The notes under the pieces were generated by a model. The model did not search any database and was not told the DNA's origin. It worked only from the letters and a program-made list of their open reading frames with translations. Made by a program: the position numbers and the translations under genes. Shown piece by piece: positions 1 through 9,189 of a stretch of 64,000 bases of DNA (its first letter is position 1; every line of letters begins with the position of its first letter). Origin of the DNA: a virus; IMG/VR virus record IMGVR_UViG_3300002091_000031, positions 973 to 64,972 of that record. One strand, given 5' to 3'.

Positions 1-1
1 A

Positions 2-1717
2 TATGGGCACCAAAATCAAAATATTTTTAAAGATATTAAATTAGACCAAGCAGAGTTTAATGAAACTAGTGAATCATTACTTATAACTGATAATATTTCA
101 AACTCATTAGGTAAAAATAATTTATCATATGTTGGACAAAATCTTTATAACGTGTATTCGGTTAGAAGTTATAAGGTTGAAGTTGAAATGATGGGTAATG
201 CAATGATTCAACCGATGATGTATTTTCAACTAGATAATATACTAATGTTTCATGGTGCCTATTTAATAACTAAAGTTAGACATAGTATAGTACCAAATCA
301 TATGTCAACGGTTTTTACAGGTACTAGAATTAAAAATGTTAAAACACCATTGGTAAGTAAAAGTGTAATGTTAAATGATTTATTAACTAATTTTGGTTTT
401 AAACCTAATGAGCCATCAATAAATTTAACTAAGAATTATGTAAATACATATAATATAATTTTAAATAATAATTTACCGAAAAATAAATTTATCACTGGAA
501 ATACAACAGACGCAAATAAGAATAAAATTACCGAGGCTTGTTTAGCTGAATTTAAAGCTTTTGGTGATGGTACTAAAACAATTTATTCTAGTGAAGGACA
601 ATCCAGATTAAAGGAATATGCTAGTGTTTGTAAAGCAACTGTTGATAAAACTTTAGAAGATGCTTGGTCTGCTGTTTTTATTTCTTATATTATGAACAAA
701 GCGGATTCAAGTTTTCCTGTGAGTACATCGCATTATGGGTATGTTCATCAAGCTATGAATGGTGTTAATGGTTATGAAGTATTTCCATTAAAATGTGGTT
801 TAACAATTAAACCAGAAGTAGGCGACATATTAACATTTCCTAGAGATGGTGATTTTCAATCATCACATTCAAATGTTATTTTTAAAATAGAAGGTAATAA
901 AGCATTTTTAATGGGTGGCAACGTACTTGACAAAGATAGGGATGGTACTAGTGTAAATATACGGGAAATAACGCTAGATAGTAATGGTTTTATATCTGAT
1001 AAAGTTCAGTTTCATAGTGGTAATGATTATAAGTTATTAACTAAGAAAACTGGTGGTATATACTATGACCATAGTAAGAATCTATCAGATTATCCAATAG
1101 ATTCATTAGTTAACTCTACGTCAACAAACTATAAATTTATAGATATGCCAAATAATGGTATGCCTAATACTAATATGTTAAAACTAAGAGACTCAATTAA
1201 TAGGGTTGGTATTAAATTAAATATATCAACAGGTATAAAATACTTAATGGAAGCTATTGGTAGAGTAGAGGGTTATTGGGAACCTAGCAATAATAATACA
1301 CCAATTTTATGTAATAATCCTGGTAATATTGGTATGTTTAAAGGTATTAATACTTTAAAACCATGTACTAAAACAAATATTTCTGGTGATTACACTGGTC
1401 TTGTACCACCTAATAGACATACATACATACAATTTGAAACATTAGATGATGGTGTTACTGGATTATATAATTATGTAATCGGCAGAATTTTAAATGGTAA
1501 AACAAGCAATTATCCAAATGGTTCAAATACAACTTTATTTGATTTTATTTACCATTATGCACCACCAAATGATACAACACGTCATGTTACTAATGACGAT
1601 TCGGAGTATACTAATATTGTTATCGGTTATTTGAAACATATACTTAATTTTTCAACTATTAATGGTAAACCAATTACTAATTTAACAACCTTAGGTGAAT
1701 TTAACTCAGTTAAATAA
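2..1717 (+). CDS. Baseplate hub/tail-tip protein, 5'-truncated, with a DUF2272-type peptidoglycan hydrolase domain and an NNPGNI lysozyme-like domain
   Basis: Frame is open from base 2 (YGHQNQNIFKDIKLDQ...), so the true start is upstream of the window. Hub-like motif SYKVEVEMMGNAMIQP; AWSAVFISYIM...GDIL...SHS...GGNV (DUF2272 pattern); EG...NNPGNI...YAPPND (lysozyme-like). Confidence 0.65.
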   Translation, partial: YGHQNQNIFKDIKLDQAEFNETSESLLITDNISNSLGKNNLSYVGQNLYNVYSVRSYKVEVEMMGNAMIQPMMYFQLDNILMFHGAYLITKVRHSIVPNHMSTVFTGTRIKNVKTPLVSKSVMLNDLLTNFGFKPNEPSINLTKNYVNTYNIILNNNLPKNKFITGNTTDANKNKITEACLAEFKAFGDGTKTIYSSEGQSRLKEYASVCKATVDKTLEDAWSAVFISYIMNKADSSFPVSTSHYGYVHQAMNGVNGYEVFPLKCGLTIKPEVGDILTFPRDGDFQSSHSNVIFKIEGNKAFLMGGNVLDKDRDGTSVNIREITLDSNGFISDKVQFHSGNDYKLLTKKTGGIYYDHSKNLSDYPIDSLVNSTSTNYKFIDMPNNGMPNTNMLKLRDSINRVGIKLNISTGIKYLMEAIGRVEGYWEPSNNNTPILCNNPGNIGMFKGINTLKPCTKTNISGDYTGLVPPNRHTYIQFETLDDGVTGLYNYVIGRILNGKTSNYPNGSNTTLFDFIYHYAPPNDTTRHVTNDDSEYTNIVIGYLKHILNFSTINGKPITNLTTLGEFNSVK

Positions 1718-1738
1718 TTTTTTCGTATATTTGCGTGT

Positions 1739-2335
1739 ATGAAGATAGCGAATATAGTTTCAACTATTAATATAACTGTTTCTGACGATTTTAATGTGGT
1801 AATGGTCTTGGATGATATAATTCAAGGCTTACCAACATTAATTATTGGTTGGGACTACATTAAGAAGAATTTTCCTGATTACGATATTATAGATAGAAAT
1901 CTAGGAAATAATATTTTCTGGACATTTAAACCTACTGAGAAGCGAGATTTATATCAACAAGATTTATATAACTTCATTAATAGTACTTATAAAAATTTAC
2001 TAGTTAAAGTAAAATATTATTTTATTGACCCATTTACTCTAACTCGTAAGCAGGTTAGGAAGATAGTACAGAAAATTTTAACATCAAATGATAAAATATC
2101 ATATTTACATGATAAAATGATATATATTTATTTTGATAATATGATTATTGGTATTAATCTTGAGATGTTAGAGTTTATGGGTTTAAACACTGATAAAATA
2201 GTTAGTAAAATAAAGTCATCCGATGGAATCTTTTTGGATAAAGATTTGATATTTATTGAATATAAAGATAAAGTGGAAATGCTTGATGGTAAAGTCAGGT
2301 TTCTTCCATTACTATACTCAATTAAACATGGATAA
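1739..2335 (+). CDS. Hypothetical protein
   Basis: 198-aa ORF directly behind a TATATTTG box at 1726-1733. Confidence 0.75.
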   Translation: MKIANIVSTINITVSDDFNVVMVLDDIIQGLPTLIIGWDYIKKNFPDYDIIDRNLGNNIFWTFKPTEKRDLYQQDLYNFINSTYKNLLVKVKYYFIDPFTLTRKQVRKIVQKILTSNDKISYLHDKMIYIYFDNMIIGINLEMLEFMGLNTDKIVSKIKSSDGIFLDKDLIFIEYKDKVEMLDGKVRFLPLLYSIKHG

Positions 2336-2729
2336 GACAATTTTATTAGCATCGTTTATTTTTCCTGAAAGAAAAGAATGGTTTTTAAGTTATTTGGAGA
2401 ATAAATTTGGTATATCTAACGATAAGGTTTTTGGATATGAAAATTTAGATACGCCAGATAAGGTGATAATGACCTTTAAGTTAGTACTAGAGGAAGGTAA
2501 ACGTCTAAATCTTAAAGATTTATTCCCTAACGCTCTAATTATACATAAAAAGGGTGATGCATTATATACCATAAATGCACTTAATAAGTTAATTGAAAAT
2601 GAAAATCCAGAATCACTTGGTAATATTGACTACAAGAATATTAAGATTGACTGGAGCACATATCAAAACAAAATGATTCTTATTGATAACAAAGAATTGG
2701 TTTTTTTGAACATAAAACGAATTTTTTAG
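2328..2729 (+). CDS. Hypothetical protein (start moved to the in-frame ATG at 2328)
   Basis: ATG overlaps the end of the previous gene; protein begins MDKTILLASF. Confidence 0.7.
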   Translation: MDKTILLASFIFPERKEWFLSYLENKFGISNDKVFGYENLDTPDKVIMTFKLVLEEGKRLNLKDLFPNALIIHKKGDALYTINALNKLIENENPESLGNIDYKNIKIDWSTYQNKMILIDNKELVFLNIKRIF

Positions 2730-2776
2730 TTAATTAAGATATTTATATGTATTATAATAAAACTAAAATTAATGTT

Positions 2777-2971
2777 ATGAATACAAAAACTAACAACAAC
2801 AAAGACGTTAATAAGGCAATTGATTCTTTCTTAGGTGATACACAAGTTAAACCTGAGTCACAAGAAATGGATTGTTCTTCTGGAACATGTGTTATCAAGA
2901 AAGATAAAAGCATGGTTGAAAGAATAAATAAGAAAATTATCGTTGAAGACGGAAGACAATTATTAATCTAA
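2777..2971 (+). CDS. Small hypothetical late protein
   Basis: TATTTATA at 2740-2747 upstream; probable start MNTKTN at 2777 (alternative 2747). Confidence 0.6.
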   Translation: MNTKTNNNKDVNKAIDSFLGDTQVKPESQEMDCSSGTCVIKKDKSMVERINKKIIVEDGRQLLI

Positions 2972-2972
2972 T

Positions 2973-3794
2973 ATGGCTAAGAAAATAAACCAACAGTTAT
3001 TAAACGAGGAGCTTAAAAAATTTAAGCTCATCACAGAATATACCTTTTATACTGAAGAACCTAAAACTGAAGATAATCTTATATTAGGTACTGTAGATGA
3101 AGCAGGTGAAAATGGTGAAGAAGATTTAGACTTTAGCCAACAAGGTGGTCCAGCAGCTGCTGACCCTAATGCTAGTACAATGCCACCAGCAGCACCAACT
3201 GATGACTCAAAATCGTCAAATCCTAATGGACAAGAACAGATGCCACCAGCGGCACCAGCGGCACCAGCACAAGGACCAGAAGCAGGTGCTGATGCAGGTA
3301 CAGATGATGAAAATTTATTTGGTACTGGTGATGACATGGGTGATGACATGGGTGACGATATGGAAACAGCATCTGGTGAGGATGAGGTTGACATTGATGT
3401 TACTGAATTGGTAGATAGTACTGAAGGTGCTAAACATTCAGCGGATAAAGCTAGTCATAAAGCTAGTCGTTTAATGCAACAATTCTCAAAGCTTGCTCAA
3501 AAGGTAGATGCAATGGCTTCTATTAGCCATAAAATTGATTCACTTGAAAAAGAAATCGTTAAAAGAAATCCTACACCAGTTGAAAAGCTGGAAATGAGGT
3601 CATTAGATTCATATCCTTTTAATATCAAATTAAATGATTATTGGAAAGATGTTGAAGGTTATGATACAGGTGCTAATGATAAACCTAAAGAATATGTTCT
3701 TAGGAAAGATGATATAGATAATACGTTCGCCAGCAGTCAGTTAAAAAATTCGTTTAACGTAAAAGGGGACGAATATGAAGAAGAAGACATTTAA
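2973..3794 (+). CDS. Acidic Pro/Ala-rich protein, possible head-internal or scaffold-like protein
   Basis: Low-complexity acidic middle, coiled-coil segment, N-terminal LLNE/LITE motifs; followed by a terminator. Confidence 0.6.
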   Translation: MAKKINQQLLNEELKKFKLITEYTFYTEEPKTEDNLILGTVDEAGENGEEDLDFSQQGGPAAADPNASTMPPAAPTDDSKSSNPNGQEQMPPAAPAAPAQGPEAGADAGTDDENLFGTGDDMGDDMGDDMETASGEDEVDIDVTELVDSTEGAKHSADKASHKASRLMQQFSKLAQKVDAMASISHKIDSLEKEIVKRNPTPVEKLEMRSLDSYPFNIKLNDYWKDVEGYDTGANDKPKEYVLRKDDIDNTFASSQLKNSFNVKGDEYEEEDI

Positions 3795-3799
3795 GAAAG

Positions 3800-3823
3800 G
3801 GAGTACATAAGTACTCCTTTTTT
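3800..3823 (+). terminator. Intrinsic terminator
   Basis: GGAGTAC-ATAA-GTACTCC followed by TTTTTT. Confidence 0.85.
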
Positions 3824-3849
3824 ATTTTAAGGGTTTTTTAAAATATTTG

Positions 3850-3880
3850 TTGCATATCTCATTTTTTGTTCGTATATTTG
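3850..3880 (+). promoter_or_regulatory. Bacteroidota-type -33/-7 promoter for the replication block
   Basis: TTG at 3850, 20-nt spacer, TATATTTG at 3873-3880. Confidence 0.75.
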
Positions 3881-4008
3881 CATCATAATTAACTTACCAA
3901 AAGATGTGTAGTTTAACCAAAAAATACTTGACTTTGAAAAAACTTTTAGTATATTATACATACAAATAAGATAGTTAAAAACTTAAATTAAAATTAAAAA
4001 CAAGAGAG

Positions 4009-4917
4009 ATGAGCGAACAAAACAATGCGTTAATGGCCATGTTAGGTCAGTACGAAAACAACACAAAACCAAAAGCTAAGAAAGCGGTTTCTAAGTACGA
4101 TGAAAAGAATTACTTCGGTACTAAATTAACTGACAAGCAAAATTCAGCGTCTAAGAACGTTAGAATCTTAGCAACTAAAGATGGTACCTCACCATTCGTT
4201 GAGGTTTACGGCCACACAATCCAAGTTGATGGTGATTGGAAGACTTTCATTTGTCTTCAAAAAGAAAAAAACCAACCATGCCCATTCTGTGAAGCGAATG
4301 ATGTGCTTAGAGCTTCTTCTGCTGAAGCTGACAAAGAACTTGCTAAGAAGTACAACGCTAAGTTGATGTACATCGTTAAGGTAATTGACAGAGAAGATGA
4401 AGACCATGGACCTAAGTTCTGGAGATTTAATCACGACTACCGTAAGGAAGGTGTAATTGACAAAATTTATGGTGTTTTACAAGCCATCAAGAAGGACATT
4501 ACCCACGCACAAACTGGTAGGGATTTGGCTATTATGATTGGTAGAAATGCTAATCGTAAATCGGTTGTAACATCCATTACACCACTTGACCCATCACCAT
4601 TGAGTGAAGATGAAGCAAAAGCTGCCGCTTGGTTAGCTGATGAACAAACTTGGGAAGATGTATTCGGTGTTAAGACTTACGAGTATCTTGAAATCATCGT
4701 TAAAGGTGGTGTTCCAGTTTACGACAAGGAAGCTAAAAAGTATGTAGACAGCCGTTTGGTTGGTGTACAAACAGAAACTGCTAAGGCAGACACTGAAATC
4801 AGTCTTGGGGTATCTAACGTAAAGCCAAACGTTACAGTTGCTGCAACTAATTTAGTTGAACCAACACCTGCGGCACCAGCTGATGAAGCAGAAGCTGAAG
4901 ATGACCTTCCCTTCTAA
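4009..4917 (+). CDS. Single-stranded DNA-binding protein, T4 gp32-like
   Basis: Zn motif H...C...CPFC, KVIDRED and GRDL motifs, acidic tail ending DDLPF. Confidence 0.85.
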   Translation: MSEQNNALMAMLGQYENNTKPKAKKAVSKYDEKNYFGTKLTDKQNSASKNVRILATKDGTSPFVEVYGHTIQVDGDWKTFICLQKEKNQPCPFCEANDVLRASSAEADKELAKKYNAKLMYIVKVIDREDEDHGPKFWRFNHDYRKEGVIDKIYGVLQAIKKDITHAQTGRDLAIMIGRNANRKSVVTSITPLDPSPLSEDEAKAAAWLADEQTWEDVFGVKTYEYLEIIVKGGVPVYDKEAKKYVDSRLVGVQTETAKADTEISLGVSNVKPNVTVAATNLVEPTPAAPADEAEAEDDLPF

Positions 4918-4943
4918 GGTGGTAGAACCAAAACATTTTAATA

Positions 4944-4971
4944 TAATGGGTAGTGATTTTGCTACCCATTA
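4944..4971 (+). terminator. 10-bp hairpin after the SSB gene (terminator or processing/stability hairpin; no U-tract)
   Basis: TAATGGGTAG-N8-CTACCCATTA. Confidence 0.5.
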
Positions 4972-5008
4972 CTATTAAGAAAATAACATAGATAAAAACA
5001 AAACCAAA

Positions 5009-6112
5009 ATGGCGAAAAAACCAGAAAAGAAAATTATACCTAAACAAGAATTTGACCTAGATTCATTTACAAGTAGTGAAGGTTTAAATACACAAACTAA
5101 AGATAAAGAGTTAACTTGGGTACCGCTTTCGAAAGCATGGCATGACTCATTAAAATTACCAGGTTTTCCTAGAGGCTTTGTAAGCTTAGTTAGGGGTTAT
5201 TCAAATACGGGTAAATCAACAGCTTTTTATGAAGCTATTGTAGGTGCTCAACAAATAGGTGACTTACCAGTTGTAATTGAAACTGAGGGTAACTGGAACA
5301 CGACACACGCTAAACAAATAGGTGTGAAATTTAAAGAAAAGGTTAACTTAGAAACTGGTGAGGTTGAAGAGGTTCCAGATGGGTTTATTTTAATGAAAAG
5401 TCGTGACTTATATGAAAAATATAAGTGTTACGACCACAAGGATAGTAAGATGACAACAAAACCAACAAGAGGTGAACCTGTTATTGAAGATGTAGCTCTT
5501 TTTATTTCTGAGGTTTTAAAGAAACAAGAAGATGGTTTAATACCAAGAAACATTGTATTCCTTTGGGATTCTATTGGTACACTTAATTGTTATAAATCCG
5601 CTTGTTCAAGTACAAGTAATAACATGTGGAATGCTGGTGCCATGGGTGTGTTTCAAGCCATAGTAAACTTTAAAATTCCTTCTAGTCGTGCCGTTGACAG
5701 TGAGTATACAAATACTTTAATTTGTGTTCAGAAGATATGGTTGGATAGTATGAATGGTACAGTTATTAAACACAAAGGTGGTGAATTTATGTTCTTTAAT
5801 TCACGTATTATAGTACATATCGGTGGTATTCTAACTCACGGTACTAGTAAGTTGACAGCTACAGCGTTAGGGCAGAATTTCCAATATGGTACACAAGCTA
5901 AGATTAGATGTGAAAAGAACCATGTAACAGGTATTGAACGTAACGGTGAGATTGCATCAACACCACATGGTTATGTTAACCCAGATGAGCTAGATGCTTA
6001 CAAGAAAGAAAAGCGACAGTTTATTCATGATTCATTAAATGTTAGTTATGAAGCTGAAGTTGAATTTACTGAAATTGAGGGTACCTTTGAAGGTGAGGAT
6101 ACTAGAGAATAG
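5009..6112 (+). CDS. uvsX: RecA/UvsX-like recombinase
   Basis: Walker A GYSNTGKST, Walker B FLWDSIG, KNH motif near the C-terminus; adjacent to SSB. Confidence 0.85.
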   Translation: MAKKPEKKIIPKQEFDLDSFTSSEGLNTQTKDKELTWVPLSKAWHDSLKLPGFPRGFVSLVRGYSNTGKSTAFYEAIVGAQQIGDLPVVIETEGNWNTTHAKQIGVKFKEKVNLETGEVEEVPDGFILMKSRDLYEKYKCYDHKDSKMTTKPTRGEPVIEDVALFISEVLKKQEDGLIPRNIVFLWDSIGTLNCYKSACSSTSNNMWNAGAMGVFQAIVNFKIPSSRAVDSEYTNTLICVQKIWLDSMNGTVIKHKGGEFMFFNSRIIVHIGGILTHGTSKLTATALGQNFQYGTQAKIRCEKNHVTGIERNGEIASTPHGYVNPDELDAYKKEKRQFIHDSLNVSYEAEVEFTEIEGTFEGEDTRE

Positions 6113-6147
6113 AAACAAGATTTTTTAACCGTTTAATATAACGAAAA

Positions 6148-7206
6148 TTGAACAAAAGACCGCCAAAAGATGGCGAAAAACAACAGATTATTAACACACT
6201 CTTGGTCGATGGGAATGCCTTATTTAAATTTGGCTTCTTTGGGGCCAAGGGTGAATATAATCACAGAGGTGAACATATCGGTGGACTGTATCAGTTCCTT
6301 ACGATTCTACGAAAACTTCTAACCGAAGATTTATACCACAGGATTTATGTATTTTGGGACGGTAATCTAAGCGGAAAATTAAGATTTAATATTTACCCTG
6401 AGTATAAGGGAGATAGGGATAAAGACTATATCAATGGTACACATCCAACAGATGCATCAGAGCTTGAACAAAGAAATAAAATTTGGGAATATCTTGATGA
6501 ATTATGTATTAAGCAATTAATGGATGATGTTGTTGAAAGTGATGACTTTATTGCTTATTATTGTGGTCAGAGGGAACCTAATGAAAAAATAACTATTTGT
6601 ACACTTGACAGGGATTTATCTCAGTTGATAGAGGAAGATGTTAGAATTTATTTTTGTGACCTTAAAGCATATGTTACTCCACATAACTACTCAGAATTCT
6701 TCCCACACTATTATGAAAATATAGGCGTAATTAAAATTATTGCTGGAGATACTTCTGATACTATTAAAGGTATTAAAGGTGTTAAGGAGAAGACATTGCT
6801 TAATCTTTTCCCTGAGCTAACTCAAAATAAGGTCACTCTTGACCAGATAATCGAGCGAGCGAAGGTTCTACAAGAAGAAAGGGTAACTAGTAAAAAACCA
6901 GCCTTAAAATCGCTAGACAACATAGTTAACGGTGTGACTGATGGTAGTCAAGGTGATAAATTCTATGAAATTAATACTAAGATAATTAACCTTAAGGAAC
7001 CGTTAATGACTGATTCCGCAATCGTTAAGATTAACGACTTGATTGATGGTAAACTTGATTCAAGTAACCGAACAATTAAAGAAGTTTATGATAAAATGAA
7101 AAAGGATGGTTTAGAAAGAACCATTGGACCAACACGTTACCCAGAATACTTATTACCCTTTAAAAAATTTAGGGATAGACAATTAAAAAACGAAGAAATC
7201 GTATGA
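6148..7206 (+). CDS. 5'-3' exonuclease / flap endonuclease (T4 RNase H, Pol I N-domain family)
   Basis: LLVDGN, ESDD, DRDL and the H3TH motif GDTSDTIKGIKGVKEKT; TTG start. Confidence 0.9.
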   Translation: MNKRPPKDGEKQQIINTLLVDGNALFKFGFFGAKGEYNHRGEHIGGLYQFLTILRKLLTEDLYHRIYVFWDGNLSGKLRFNIYPEYKGDRDKDYINGTHPTDASELEQRNKIWEYLDELCIKQLMDDVVESDDFIAYYCGQREPNEKITICTLDRDLSQLIEEDVRIYFCDLKAYVTPHNYSEFFPHYYENIGVIKIIAGDTSDTIKGIKGVKEKTLLNLFPELTQNKVTLDQIIERAKVLQEERVTSKKPALKSLDNIVNGVTDGSQGDKFYEINTKIINLKEPLMTDSAIVKINDLIDGKLDSSNRTIKEVYDKMKKDGLERTIGPTRYPEYLLPFKKFRDRQLKNEEIV

Positions 7207-7676
7207 TAACAAACACCACAACCAAAAGAATTGAAGAACAAAGATTTGAGTTTCTTCTTTACATCAACAAGCACATTATTTGTCAGAGATATTTCAATAT
7301 CAAAGACTTTAATGAGAAATCAGTTAAGTCCTTAGAACTTAAGGAATTAATGGACCGAATAGTCGGTATGAATAATGGGACTTTCGGGTCTATGGGTATT
7401 ATTCCACGTAGTCTAAAGCATAAAGCTATTGATTATTTATGGAAGAATTTTAATCCGTATAACATGAAGAACGATGAACCAAAGAATAACTTCGAGAAGG
7501 AAGACGTATTCGAATTTGAGATTCGTGTTGACAAAAATCCAATCGCTAAGAGTGCATTCTCTGGCAATTGGTTTCCACCACAAGTGAGGTATCAAGTGGA
7601 CATAAAAGAAATTATACCTCAAATAATAACCGAAATCAAGGATTCGCTAAGCGAAAAAAAATATACAATAATTTAA
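7203..7676 (+). CDS. Hypothetical protein in the replication operon
   Basis: ATGA overlap with the exonuclease gene; 157 aa. Confidence 0.75.
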   Translation: MITNTTTKRIEEQRFEFLLYINKHIICQRYFNIKDFNEKSVKSLELKELMDRIVGMNNGTFGSMGIIPRSLKHKAIDYLWKNFNPYNMKNDEPKNNFEKEDVFEFEIRVDKNPIAKSAFSGNWFPPQVRYQVDIKEIIPQIITEIKDSLSEKKYTII

Positions 7677-7737
7677 TTGTCCGTAGGGTCAATTCGGGTA
7701 TATTTATTAAAACAAGATTTCAAAACAAGATTAGAAA

Positions 7738-9168
7738 ATGGCAAAAAACAATAGAGATAGTTTCCAAGATTTAGGTGATGACTTCCAAGTAAGACTTATA
7801 GCACAATTATTAATAGATACAAAATTCGCTGAGTCAATAATTGATATATTAGACCCAAACTACTTCTATGACTCAAGTTCAAAACTAATCATAGCATCAA
7901 TTAAAGATGCCTATAGTAAAGACAATATCATTCCTGATATTGGTAGCCTAAGAATTAGATTATCAAATAAAAATCTTAATGAGTTTGACAAAGCCTATAC
8001 AATTACTAAGTTAAAAAAGATTGAAGATGTTAACTTAAATGATTGTCTTGAGGTACAAAGAATAGCAATGACTTTTTGTAAACACCAAGAGTTACAAAAG
8101 GCTATCAGACAAATACAAGCCCTACTTGATAAAGGCGAGACTGACTCATATGACGAGTGTGAAACTATTATAAAGAAAGCACTTGAACATGGGGATAGTA
8201 AGGATAATGGCATCAATGTTTTAGACGACATTGATGCTGTCCTTGTCGATGACTTTAGAAAACCAATACCAACTGGTATTAAGGGTTTAGATGAGGTTAT
8301 GGATGGTGGTTTATCTAGGAGTGAATTAGCAATAATACTAGCACCATTTGGTGTTGGTAAAACAACAATGATGACTAAGATAGGTAATACGGCCAAGAAT
8401 CTCGGTTATAATGTATTACAGATATTTTTTGAAGATATGCCTAAGGTAATTCAGAGAAAGCATCTATCTTGTTGGTCAGGTTACAATTTAAACGATTTAT
8501 CCCTTCATAAAGATGAATTAAAGGAATTAATTAAACGTAAAGGTGAAGAAAAAGGTATCTTACGTCTTAAGAAATTCCCAAGTGATGGTACTACGATACC
8601 AATGATTAAGCAGTACATAAGAAAGTTGATGGCACAAGGGTTTAAACCAGACATCGTTTTATTGGACTACATAGATTGCGTTGTTCCTTCTAGGAGCGTT
8701 GATGATGTTAATGTTGGTGAGGGCCAAGTAATGAGACAATTTGAATCAATGTTGGCTGAGTATGACATTGCTGGATGGACAGCGGTACAAGGTAACAGAA
8801 GTTCAATTGGTTCACCATTAGTACAGTCAGACCAAATGGGTGGTTCAATAAAGAAAGGACAAATAGGACACTTTGTAGTGTCTATAGCTAAGTCGCTTGA
8901 CCAGAAAGAAGCTGGAACTGCTAATATGGCAATTCTTAAATCTAGGTTTGGTAAGGATGGTGTAATCTTTGAAAATATTACATTTAATAATGCTAATATT
9001 CAGATAGATATGTCTACGAATATGGTTGGTAAGAGCCAAGTTGAGTACAAGAAAGACCAAGAAATGTCCGATACTATGAGAGCAGCTAAAGCTCTTGAAG
9101 AAAGACAGAAAATGAAAAAGCTAATGAATGATTTAGGTAGTACAACTCAAGGTGAAGGGACAGTATAA
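7738..9168 (+). CDS. dnaB: Replicative DNA helicase, DnaB/gp41 family
   Basis: Walker A APFGVGKT, Walker B LLDYID, QGNR and KSRFG motifs. Confidence 0.92.
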   Translation: MAKNNRDSFQDLGDDFQVRLIAQLLIDTKFAESIIDILDPNYFYDSSSKLIIASIKDAYSKDNIIPDIGSLRIRLSNKNLNEFDKAYTITKLKKIEDVNLNDCLEVQRIAMTFCKHQELQKAIRQIQALLDKGETDSYDECETIIKKALEHGDSKDNGINVLDDIDAVLVDDFRKPIPTGIKGLDEVMDGGLSRSELAIILAPFGVGKTTMMTKIGNTAKNLGYNVLQIFFEDMPKVIQRKHLSCWSGYNLNDLSLHKDELKELIKRKGEEKGILRLKKFPSDGTTIPMIKQYIRKLMAQGFKPDIVLLDYIDCVVPSRSVDDVNVGEGQVMRQFESMLAEYDIAGWTAVQGNRSSIGSPLVQSDQMGGSIKKGQIGHFVVSIAKSLDQKEAGTANMAILKSRFGKDGVIFENITFNNANIQIDMSTNMVGKSQVEYKKDQEMSDTMRAAKALEERQKMKKLMNDLGSTTQGEGTV

Positions 9169-9189
9169 CAAATAAACAAATTAATTAAA

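Noticed and set aside
3047-3414. Alternative-frame ORFs 3047-3394(-) and 3145-3414(+)
   Set aside because: Shadows of the low-complexity Pro/Ala region of 2973-3794; no expression signals.
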